A stretch of DNA of 51,762 nt from Candidatus Vecturithrix granuli (lineage in GTDB: Bacteria; Moduliflexota; Moduliflexia; Moduliflexales; Moduliflexaceae), in contig DF820466.1 in the NCBI GenBank assembly GCA_000739535.1, positions 351,071-402,832 of the forward strand. Direction: 5' to 3'. The translations under genes and the position numbers were made by a program. This document shows positions 7,750 to 15,219 of the stretch, piece by piece (the stretch's first letter is position 1; every line of letters starts with the position of its first letter). The notes beneath the pieces are model-generated. The model did no database searches. It was not told where the DNA came from and saw only the letters and a list, made by a program, of their open reading frames with translations.

Positions 7750-8955
7750 ATGACAACGCCACATTCAACATCAAAGCCGGAAACATATTTTCTGTGGCCC
7801 TTGTTCCAGCAATTGCGCCGGCGCCATTTTCCGCTGGGGCCAGATGATTATGACGCTTTACGCCAGGCAATTCGCGCCGGATTCGGCTGGCGCTCGCGCC
7901 GGGATTTGCGCAATCTCTGTTGTCGCTTATGGGCCAAATCCCGGCAGGAACGGACAACCTTGTTCGAACTGTTCGAACAATACGATGTGCCTGATTGGGA
8001 TGCGACGCCTTTCTTGAGCGCGGGCGCGGCCCAGAAGCGTGAGCCAGGCGCGAGCAAATCTCTTGCTGAGCCGCCGGCCGCGCCAGAGACGCCAACCGGC
8101 GCAGAGAGCGTGCAGATTGTGGCCGAGGCGCGCGGTGATTTGCCGGAAATCATTGCGTCTATTGAGTTCCCGCAGGAGCCGGTGGTCTTGACTCCGCAGT
8201 TGCCGTTAACCTATCGTGAAGTCGCACAGGCCTGGCGGCGTTTACGCCAGCCGGTGCGCACGGGGCCGGCCATTGATCTGGATTTAGACGCCACCATTGC
8301 GCGGCGCTGCCGGTTGGGCATTGCGGCTGAGGTGGTGTTAACGCCGCGCCGCCGTAACACCGCGCGTTTGCTGCTGTTGGTTGACCGCCAGGGTTCGATG
8401 ACGCCTTTTCACGCTCTGAGCGCGGAAGTCTGTCTGGCAATCGAGCAGGCCGGCAATCTAGAACGGGTCGCGTTCTACTATTTTCACGACGTGCCGGCCG
8501 AAGGCGCGGATGAATCGGTGCTGCACGGCTTAGATCAATTGTTTCCGACTTTAGATACGGTGTTTGCGGAGATTGAGCCGTTGCAGACCGGCACGGTCTA
8601 TGCAGATCCGCAGTTGTTACAGCCTCGCGCCCTGGAAGACGTGCTGGCCGAGGCGGCGCAGGGCGCGGCGGTCGTGATTCTAAGCGACGCCGGGGCCGCG
8701 CGCGGCCGTTACGATCTGCTGCGCCTGCTGGATACGGTCGCCTTTCTCAAAGCCTTGCAAAGCTATACGCGCCGCTTTGTGTGGCTGAATCCGCTGCCAC
8801 GCAAATATTGGGCGCACAGCACGGCCGAACAAATCCAGCGTTACGTCCCTATGTTCGCCTTAGATCGCGCCGGCATGTACCGCGCTGTTAACGTGTTGCG
8901 AGGGAAACCTATAACGGATGAAAGAATGGAACGGATGGGAGACTACAACGAATGA
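7750..8955 (+). CDS. von Willebrand factor A (vWA) domain protein, CoxE-like
   Basis: It has a MIDAS-like LLLLVDRQGSM, a later VVILSDAG (hhhhSDG motif) and a C-terminal FVWLNPLP that resembles CoxE-type vWA proteins. It follows the MoxR-like ATPase. The start is set at the first ATG downstream of the MITE (7750); the ORF-track start at 7657 lies inside repeat sequence. Confidence 0.6.
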   Translation: MTTPHSTSKPETYFLWPLFQQLRRRHFPLGPDDYDALRQAIRAGFGWRSRRDLRNLCCRLWAKSRQERTTLFELFEQYDVPDWDATPFLSAGAAQKREPGASKSLAEPPAAPETPTGAESVQIVAEARGDLPEIIASIEFPQEPVVLTPQLPLTYREVAQAWRRLRQPVRTGPAIDLDLDATIARRCRLGIAAEVVLTPRRRNTARLLLLVDRQGSMTPFHALSAEVCLAIEQAGNLERVAFYYFHDVPAEGADESVLHGLDQLFPTLDTVFAEIEPLQTGTVYADPQLLQPRALEDVLAEAAQGAAVVILSDAGAARGRYDLLRLLDTVAFLKALQSYTRRFVWLNPLPRKYWAHSTAEQIQRYVPMFALDRAGMYRAVNVLRGKPITDERMERMGDYNE

Positions 8956-9060
8956 AGGAATAGAACAAATTTGTAAGAGGCACTCATTCTGTTGTCCTAC
9001 AACGAATTGAGAAATGGAACGGATAAAAGACTACTACAGCATTTCGGAAATAAATATACA

Positions 9061-9176
9061 CTGGTAGTCCCGCCCTACGTGGCGGGTTCATCAGCATCAT
9101 TCTACGTGGCGGGTAGTCCCGCCCGACGTGGCGGGTTCATCAGCATCATTCCCGCCGCGCAGGGCGGGGCTACCAG
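9061..9176. repeat. MITE-like element, family D (GGTAGTCCCGCCCTACGTGGCGGG ... CCCGCCGCGCAGGGCGGGGCTACC), with the internal half-site duplicated
   Basis: Seen in sequence. Other members are at 7561-7625 and in the composite array at 25914-26168. Confidence 0.75.
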
Positions 9177-9245
9177 TGTGTACTTTTTAACGAATTTCTT
9201 TTTCAAATTCGTTTCATTTCTTAATTCGTTGTAGTGTTCATATTG

Positions 9246-10709
9246 ATGCTGCAAGAAAATTTAACGCATGAACAACTTTTAGCGCAGCGGCGGGTACAGG
9301 AGTTTGCGCAGGCGGCAGGGGAAAACGCGCTGCACCTGGCCTGCCATGCGGCTTTGCCGGCGGCGTTGACCCCGGAACTGCTGCACTTGCTGCGCATCAA
9401 TTTTTTTCTGGACCCAAAGGATACAAAGACCGGCGACCCCCTGCCCTATACGGCCGAAACGGATTTGTTGCTCTCACCTTTGTGCCAGGAAATCGGGGAG
9501 CAACTGTATGAAATGCCCTCGGAAGTGCGCAACGTGCTGTTGGAACAGTTGCAGCAAGAGTTTGGCGCAGCGCGCATCCGGCGCGTGGCGGCTTTGCTCT
9601 GGAAATACTCGCTGAATCCGCGCCGCGCGCCCTGGCATGAGAATCGCCGCCTGGAACGCGCGCAGCAGTTGACGGCCCTGAATTTCCTCGATCCGCAGCA
9701 AGCGCGTCAATGGTTAGAACAGGCCGAAGAAAAGCAGGGCCGTAGCAAGACAGACTTGCGCGATTGGTTCATTGCCATGCGGCGCGAACTGCCGCGCAGC
9801 GCGATTCTGAGCGGCGGCGCAAAAACAGAGCCTTCCACAACACCCCAGGAACAGGAGTTCGCCTTTGAGACCGTGCGTGTGGATCGTTACGGCAAAATCA
9901 TTGAACGCCAACGTGAAACCGCCTGGCAGTTTACGGAAGAACTCGGCAACGGCGTTATGCTGGAAATGGTCAGGATTCCCGCCGGCCGCTTCCTGATGGG
10001 CGCGCCGGAATCCGAAGAGGGATCAAGCGACGATGAACGCCCGCAGCACGAGGTGCAGATTGCCCCCTTTTATATGGGCCGCTATCCGGTGACGCAAGCG
10101 CAGTGGCGGGCGGTCGTGGAAGTCGCGCCCCAGATTGAGCGCCCTTTAGAGCCTGATCCCTCGTCTTTCAAAGGTGCACAGCGGCCGGTGGAAAATGTCA
10201 TTTGGGATGACGCGGTGGAGTTTTGCCGGCGTTTGTCGCAGCTCACAGGCCAGGAATATCGCCTGCCCTCGGAAGCGGAATGGGAATACGCCTGCCGCGC
10301 CGGCACGACCACCCCCTTTTATTTCGGAGAGACGATTACTACAGATTTAGCGAATTATGATGGGAGTGAGCCTCCCTACGGCGAAGGACCCAAAGGAGTT
10401 TATCACGAACAGACTACCGAAGTCGGTATATTTCCGCCTAACGCTTTTGGCCTCTACGACATGCACGGCAACGTGTGGGAATGGTGTCTGGATGTGTGGA
10501 ACGATAGTCATAAGAATGCTCCTACAGACGGTAGCGCACGGCAAGAAGGAGCAGACATTAATTTACGTTTGTTAAAAGGCGGCTCGTGGTTCGATCCGGC
10601 CTGGAGCCTGCGTTGCGCTTATCGTATCGGGGTCGGGCGTGACGGCAGGGTCGGCGTCAGGGGCTTTCGTCCGGTGCGGGCTGTCGGCGGCCAGTCTTCT
10701 GATTTCTGA
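9246..10709 (+). CDS. FGE-sulfatase (formylglycine-generating-enzyme fold, SUMF1-like) domain protein with a ~230-aa helical N-terminal domain
   Basis: The C-terminal half (MVRIPAGRFLMGAPE...ERPQHEVQIAPFYMGRYPVTQAQW...NVIWDDAVEFCRRLS...YRLPSEAEWEYACRAGTTTPFYFG...GLYDMHGNVWEWCLD...GGSWFDPAWSLRCAYR) carries the FGE-sulfatase signature. The start uses the ATG at 9246; an in-frame GTG at 9234 is also possible. Confidence 0.8.
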   Translation: MLQENLTHEQLLAQRRVQEFAQAAGENALHLACHAALPAALTPELLHLLRINFFLDPKDTKTGDPLPYTAETDLLLSPLCQEIGEQLYEMPSEVRNVLLEQLQQEFGAARIRRVAALLWKYSLNPRRAPWHENRRLERAQQLTALNFLDPQQARQWLEQAEEKQGRSKTDLRDWFIAMRRELPRSAILSGGAKTEPSTTPQEQEFAFETVRVDRYGKIIERQRETAWQFTEELGNGVMLEMVRIPAGRFLMGAPESEEGSSDDERPQHEVQIAPFYMGRYPVTQAQWRAVVEVAPQIERPLEPDPSSFKGAQRPVENVIWDDAVEFCRRLSQLTGQEYRLPSEAEWEYACRAGTTTPFYFGETITTDLANYDGSEPPYGEGPKGVYHEQTTEVGIFPPNAFGLYDMHGNVWEWCLDVWNDSHKNAPTDGSARQEGADINLRLLKGGSWFDPAWSLRCAYRIGVGRDGRVGVRGFRPVRAVGGQSSDF

Positions 10710-10740
10710 TTTTCTGTTTTTCTGTTTTCTGAAGGGGAGT

Positions 10741-10776
10741 CCAGAGGGGTTTACCCCTCTGGCGAAAAAATTTTTT
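10741..10776. terminator. Hairpin ccagaggggtttacccctctgg followed by an A6T6 tract; a putative bidirectional terminator between the convergent FGE-domain and PIN genes
   Basis: Seen in sequence. Confidence 0.4.
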
Positions 10777-10831
10777 GATATAAATTTACGTTTATTAATT
10801 TAAAAATATTAAGGTTTTTCATCCTTATGCT

Positions 10832-10910
10832 CCCCTGAAAATGTAGCGCGAAACTCCAGTTTCGCGCATGGTTGATCGCCGCGAAACTGGAGTTTCGCGG
10901 TACATCTGAA
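10832..10910. repeat. MITE-like element, family E (two CGCGAAACTCCAGTTTCGCG hairpins)
   Basis: Seen in sequence. A second copy in reverse orientation is at 50401-50484. Confidence 0.75.
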
Positions 10911-10980
10911 CAGAGCATGTTCATGCGTTCGTGGTGTGTTTGCCACAACACATGAATAACTCCTGTGAAATCCGGGATGT

Positions 10981-11388
10981 TTATTGAAAAGGATTGACAA
11001 TTTGCAGTTTTCCTTCAATCCTTTGCTTGTGCTGCATATCTTCTGAATATAAAATACTGCAAGAATTCTCCAGGGCCGAGGCAAGGATCATGCTATCCCA
11101 ATAAGAATAGGCGTATCTTTCAAGCATTGATAATGCCAATTTTATGGAATCCTGAGTAAGCAATGTCACAGTAAACGCCTTGAATAATTCGTCAACAACC
11201 GCACGCAGTTCCGAAACAGTCAGGTTCATTTTTCGATAAAGGACATTTGAAACTTCATTAATCACCTGTGTGCTGATGATACTTTTGCGAGTTCTCACAA
11301 GCTGTTGACATCTTTCCCTTTTATCCGGTTCATCTTCGGAATACAGATAAATAATGATATTCGAATCAATAAACACTTTATCTGGCAT
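10981..11388 (-). CDS. PIN-domain ribonuclease toxin (VapC-like)
   Basis: KVFIDSNIIIYLYSEDEPDKRERCQQL at the N-terminus and YSYWDSMILASAL...LYSED later on place acidic residues where a PIN fold needs them. The start is at Met-38 of the track ORF (11388), giving a 4-nt overlap with the upstream small ORF. Confidence 0.7.
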   Translation of the reverse strand: MPDKVFIDSNIIIYLYSEDEPDKRERCQQLVRTRKSIISTQVINEVSNVLYRKMNLTVSELRAVVDELFKAFTVTLLTQDSIKLALSMLERYAYSYWDSMILASALENSCSILYSEDMQHKQRIEGKLQIVNPFQ

Positions 11389-11593
11389 GGGCTTCTTCCC
11401 GGTTAAAGACATACCCTTTGGTTTTGATGCGCACCGCTTGAAAATCCTGATGAGGATGTTCAGCGTCAGCAGGAACAGCAGCCTCATCAAAAAGTACAAT
11501 CACCTTGACGGCCGCATGAGGTTTCAAAGCGTATATCAAAGGCACCTTAATCATTCCATCCGTAATTGTTGTCGTAAATTCGAGTGCTTGCAT
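11378..11593 (-). CDS. Putative antitoxin partner of the PIN toxin (about 72 aa)
   Basis: A small ORF lies immediately upstream of the PIN gene on the same strand, with an overlapping stop/start arrangement typical of type II TA pairs. The sequence family was not recognised with confidence. Confidence 0.45.
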   Translation of the reverse strand: MQALEFTTTITDGMIKVPLIYALKPHAAVKVIVLFDEAAVPADAEHPHQDFQAVRIKTKGYVFNREEAHAR

Positions 11594-11830
11594 CGTTATA
11601 CATTCCCTCAAAAAAATTATGACCCAGGCAATCTTATTCAAACTCTACTCGCAATATATGCGAATTCTCCATGACTGTCAAGGGTCTTTTCATATAATTC
11701 GACCTTAATTGCTCATGATGGAATCTTTGCTGCGCGTGATCTTGCTTGACATCCTCGCGGTTGGAATATATCTTAGGTTCAGAATTACAGGAATGAAGAA
11801 TAAGCAAGAATAAGAAAAGAGGCGAAACGT

Positions 11831-12604
11831 ATGTCGGTGAGTGTGTTGTTAGCCCGGAAAATTGATACTATTGCCCCGGAACTGAAAGATGTGCTCTGGA
11901 CCATGCTGGAAGAGATCGAGCGCAACCGGGAAGAAGCGGTCACGAAAGTTGAGTTTAACGAGTTGAAAGAAATCGTGCGCGATCTGGGTCTGGCCCAGCA
12001 GCGCACTGAAAAGCGCGTCGAAGAATTAGCAGAAGCGCAAAAAGAGTTAGCCGAAGCGCAGAATCGCACGGAGCAACGCGTTGAAGAATTAGCCGGGGCG
12101 CAAAAAGAATTGGCCGAAGCGCAGAAGCGCACAGAACAGAAAATCGAAGAACTGATCGAAGCGCAGAAGCGCACGGAAGAAGAGATTGCGAAACTGTCGC
12201 GTGGGTTGAATAATACGCGCAGTCAGGTAGGCGGATTGGCGCGCAGCGTGGCCTACGCCTTGGAGAATGAAGCCTATCGCAAGCTGCCAACGTACCTGAA
12301 TACCCGGCATGATCTGCGGCTTGAGGAACGGTTTATCCGCCAGGAACTCGGCGGCGAAGAAATGAATATCTTTGCCAAAGCCGTCCGCAATGGCGGCGAA
12401 GAGGTCATGTTAGTCGGCGAAACCGTTTTACGGTTAGATGATATTTCGAAATTTGCACAATTAGAGAAAAATGTCAAAATCGTCAAAGAACATTACCAAC
12501 TGCCGGTGGTGCCGATTCTGGTGACGCACTTTGCGCGTCCGAATCTGTTGGAATACGCCCGGAACGAAGGCATTATCGTGGTGCAGAGCTTTGACTGGGA
12601 CTAA
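11831..12604 (+). CDS. Coiled-coil protein with degenerate 14-aa repeats ([20 protein letters not shown]...) and a C-terminal globular domain; DUF3782-like
   Basis: The tandem heptad-like repeats are visible both in the translation and in the DNA. The C-terminal ~110 aa may adopt a PD-(D/E)xK-like fold, but that is an inference. RBS AAGAGG. Confidence 0.45.
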   Translation: MSVSVLLARKIDTIAPELKDVLWTMLEEIERNREEAVTKVEFNELKEIVRDLGLAQQRTEKRVEELAEAQKELAEAQNRTEQRVEELAGAQKELAEAQKRTEQKIEELIEAQKRTEEEIAKLSRGLNNTRSQVGGLARSVAYALENEAYRKLPTYLNTRHDLRLEERFIRQELGGEEMNIFAKAVRNGGEEVMLVGETVLRLDDISKFAQLEKNVKIVKEHYQLPVVPILVTHFARPNLLEYARNEGIIVVQSFDWD

Positions 12605-12611
12605 AGCTGTC

Positions 12612-12752
12612 CGGAGTGTCAAAGCTCTGCTTTGACAGCGAAAGCAGAGCTTTCGTACTCCGGGAGCTAACTTTGACAGCGAAAGCAGAGCTTTCGCACT
12701 CCGGGAGCTAACTTTGACAGCGAAAGCAGAGCTTTCGCACTCCGGGAGCTAA
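12612..12752. repeat. Repeat family J: a hairpin-pair element (GTCAAAGCTCTGCTTTGAC / CGAAAGCAGAGCTTTCG) followed by three tandem 41-nt copies
   Basis: Seen in sequence. Related copies lie at 1-35 (cut by the window edge) and at 32375-32423 (a perfect 49-nt palindrome). Confidence 0.75.
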
Positions 12753-12797
12753 AGCGTACTGCTGGTGCGAGCCTGGCGATTGATCGCCCGGCTACTG

Positions 12798-13025
12798 TTA
12801 AGAGATTTCAATTTTCGCGGAATGAACTTCAAAGATCGGGCCCATATTGCCCGCGCTCATGAGATCATCCCGGCGCCGGCCTTTGATTTCCGCTTTTTGA
12901 CCGTCGCGATACAGGTCATCATCGCCGCCGATCAATTCATACTTTTCGCCGTCAGGGGTTTCAAATTCCCACGCGCCCATGCCCAGATCGCGAAACTTCA
13001 CAATACCTTTGAGTATTTTCATCAT
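12798..13025 (-). CDS. Small hypothetical protein (75 aa) whose start overlaps the stop of the subtilase gene
   Basis: The sequence MMKILKGIVKFRDLGMGAWEFETPDGEKYELIGG... reads as coding. The ATGA overlap at 13022-13025 suggests co-transcription with the S8 peptidase gene. Confidence 0.4.
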   Translation of the reverse strand: MMKILKGIVKFRDLGMGAWEFETPDGEKYELIGGDDDLYRDGQKAEIKGRRRDDLMSAGNMGPIFEVHSAKIEIS

Positions 13026-14791
13026 GATTTTTTCCCCGCTAACACTGCTAATCCAAAGCAGAAGATGCCGTTCGCCAGCAGCCAGGCTTTGTCTAACAGG
13101 AAGCCTCCCGGAAGATAGGTGACATTTGCCAGAGAAAAAAAGGCGTCCACAAAGAAATGACTGGCCATACCAACAGCCAGGCCCATTGCAAACCATCGCA
13201 AGCGTTTTGTTCCCAAAAAGGCCACAATCAAGGCTAAAGGCAAGAGCGCACTGTGTAAGATCGGATTGATCAGACCTGCGCCATAGCCAAAGAACACCCG
13301 GTCGAGATTGGGAATGGGGGAACTGAGAACATGAATGACCGTTTGCGCTGCCCCTGACGCGGGAATGAAATCGAGAAAAAACAGTCCTGAGGATGAGAGA
13401 AACATGGCCAGGGAAAACAGAAAGGAGAAGAGTTTGCCATAGCCGTCGGAGCGTTTCAGAAGTTTAAAATAGACCAGGGCAAAGCCGATTCCGGCCAGAA
13501 AATAGATGAGGCTTTCTCTGAGTATGATAGGCGAGGCGACCGCAGCGGGAGAAAGATCTACCGCCTTTTGCACGGCTGCGGCAGCATTGACAATGCCAGC
13601 CCCATATTTCGTCTTATCTTTCTTTTGGGCAGTGCTGAATAAGATTTTTTCAATTTTAGCCGGATCTTTCACACCCAGCGAGACTAACAGTGCGGCCACG
13701 CCAGCCACGTGCGGTGAAGCCATGGATGTGCCCTGAAAATATTCATAGCTGTCTTTAGTTGGATCCGAACGCCCAATCGTATTTTGCAAAATCCCATGCT
13801 CAATGTTCGCTCTTGTATTACCGCCCGGCGCGGCAATATCAATCCCTTTGCCATAATTGGAATAGGGCGCAAGCTCGCCGTCAGGTCCCACGCTGGATAC
13901 GCCAAGCGCGTAAGGATACGCAGCCGGATAACTGGCGCGGTTACGGCTTTCGTTGCCGGCAGCGCACACCACGGTCACACCTTTTTTATGGGCATACTCT
14001 ACAGCTTCGCGCATGAGCTGGCTTTCGCCCGGCCCGCCCAGACTCATGTTGATCACATGCGCGCCATGATCCGCGGCATACACAATGGCTTCCGCAATAT
14101 CCGCAATATTCCCGTAGCCATAACGGTTCAAGACTTTCAAGGGCATAATTGAAGCTTTGTAGGCAATACCGGTTACGCCAATCTTATTATGCGTTGATTG
14201 CGCAATCGTTCCGGCCACATGCGTGCCATGTCCGTGATCGTCATTGGCGTGTTCATCGTCGTCAATAAAGTCATAGCCCTGCACAAACGCGGTTTGCGCC
14301 AAATCCGGCACGCGATGATATACACCGTTCTTATCTTTGTAATCTTCAAATGCCACGCCCGTGTCAATCACAGCAACCACAGCCCCTTTACCATCGGCTG
14401 TTTTCCAGGCTTCTTCCATAGACAACATGTTCATATTCCACTGTTTGGCATACATGGGATCATTCGGAAATTTCATGGCCTGGTAGAGATAGTTCGGTTC
14501 TGCATATTCGATCTCTTTTTCAGCGGTGAGTAACTGCGTCAAGCTTTGCAGTTGCTCTTGAGAAAGCGCGCCGACAGGAAATCGCAGGAGCGCCTCTTCT
14601 TTGGAAAAGATACTGTTATATTCCAGCGTGACGCCATATTTTTGCGCAATGGTCTGAATGAGTTCCAGGCTGGCGTGATCAACGAAATTGACGATCACTT
14701 CTTCATACTGAGGTTGGGCCGCCGACAGGCCCGGAAAAAATACACCCAACATGCCTGCCACCCCTATTATAACCCAAATGATATGTTTCAT
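13022..14791 (-). CDS. S8 family serine peptidase (subtilisin-like) with a signal peptide and a ~190-aa polytopic membrane C-terminal domain
   Basis: The catalytic triad motifs VAVIDTGV (Asp), HGTHVAG (His) and GTSMASPHVAG (Ser) are present. The N-terminal signal is MKHIIWVIIGVAGMLGVFFPGLSAAQ. The C-terminal part is hydrophobic, with about 5-6 predicted TM helices. Confidence 0.85.
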   Translation of the reverse strand: MKHIIWVIIGVAGMLGVFFPGLSAAQPQYEEVIVNFVDHASLELIQTIAQKYGVTLEYNSIFSKEEALLRFPVGALSQEQLQSLTQLLTAEKEIEYAEPNYLYQAMKFPNDPMYAKQWNMNMLSMEEAWKTADGKGAVVAVIDTGVAFEDYKDKNGVYHRVPDLAQTAFVQGYDFIDDDEHANDDHGHGTHVAGTIAQSTHNKIGVTGIAYKASIMPLKVLNRYGYGNIADIAEAIVYAADHGAHVINMSLGGPGESQLMREAVEYAHKKGVTVVCAAGNESRNRASYPAAYPYALGVSSVGPDGELAPYSNYGKGIDIAAPGGNTRANIEHGILQNTIGRSDPTKDSYEYFQGTSMASPHVAGVAALLVSLGVKDPAKIEKILFSTAQKKDKTKYGAGIVNAAAAVQKAVDLSPAAVASPIILRESLIYFLAGIGFALVYFKLLKRSDGYGKLFSFLFSLAMFLSSSGLFFLDFIPASGAAQTVIHVLSSPIPNLDRVFFGYGAGLINPILHSALLPLALIVAFLGTKRLRWFAMGLAVGMASHFFVDAFFSLANVTYLPGGFLLDKAWLLANGIFCFGLAVLAGKKS

Positions 14792-14939
14792 AATTATTTA
14801 CCTCATCGAGATACGTGAGTTTAATCACAGGTCGAAGATTTATCTATTAAGATACGTCTTTGTTGCGCAATGTCAATCAAAATCCTCTGGAAAACAGAGA
14901 AAACTCGTTTGCCTGTGATGGTATTTCTTGACAGCACTT

Positions 14940-15210
14940 CTTGAATCAGTAATCAGTATTCAGTAATCAGTAATCAGTATTTAGTATCCGGTAATCAGTA
15001 TTCAGTAATCAATAGACATTATCGGAAATAGAACACTGATTGGACTGATGAGACTGATCTGTCCTGATGTGGGAAGAGTTTCGATGCTGTCGCGGATCGA
15101 TCCTCCTGAATCGTCGAATTGCCTTTAAAATCAGGGAAAATCAGTCCCATCAGTCCCATCAGTGTTCTATTATTCGTGATAATGTCTATTGATTACTGAA
15201 TACTGACTTG
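14940..15210. repeat. Large inverted-repeat structure with ~65-nt arms (left arm preceded by tandem CAGTAATCAGTATT units) immediately upstream of the chemoreceptor gene
   Basis: Seen in sequence. The left arm at 14990-15055 pairs with the right arm at 15140-15208. A TTGACA lies at 14929-14934. Confidence 0.6.
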
Positions 15211-15219
15211 TAGTGACTT

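Noticed and set aside
9234-9245. GTG start for the FGE-domain protein used by the ORF track
   Set aside because: It lies inside the terminal bases of a MITE. The ATG at 9246 is the more conservative start, although the GTG cannot be excluded.
12630-12752. Possible CRISPR array (three direct repeats)
   Set aside because: The 41-nt units are contiguous, with no spacers, and the repeat is a dispersed family also found at 1-35 and 32375-32423. No cas genes are present.
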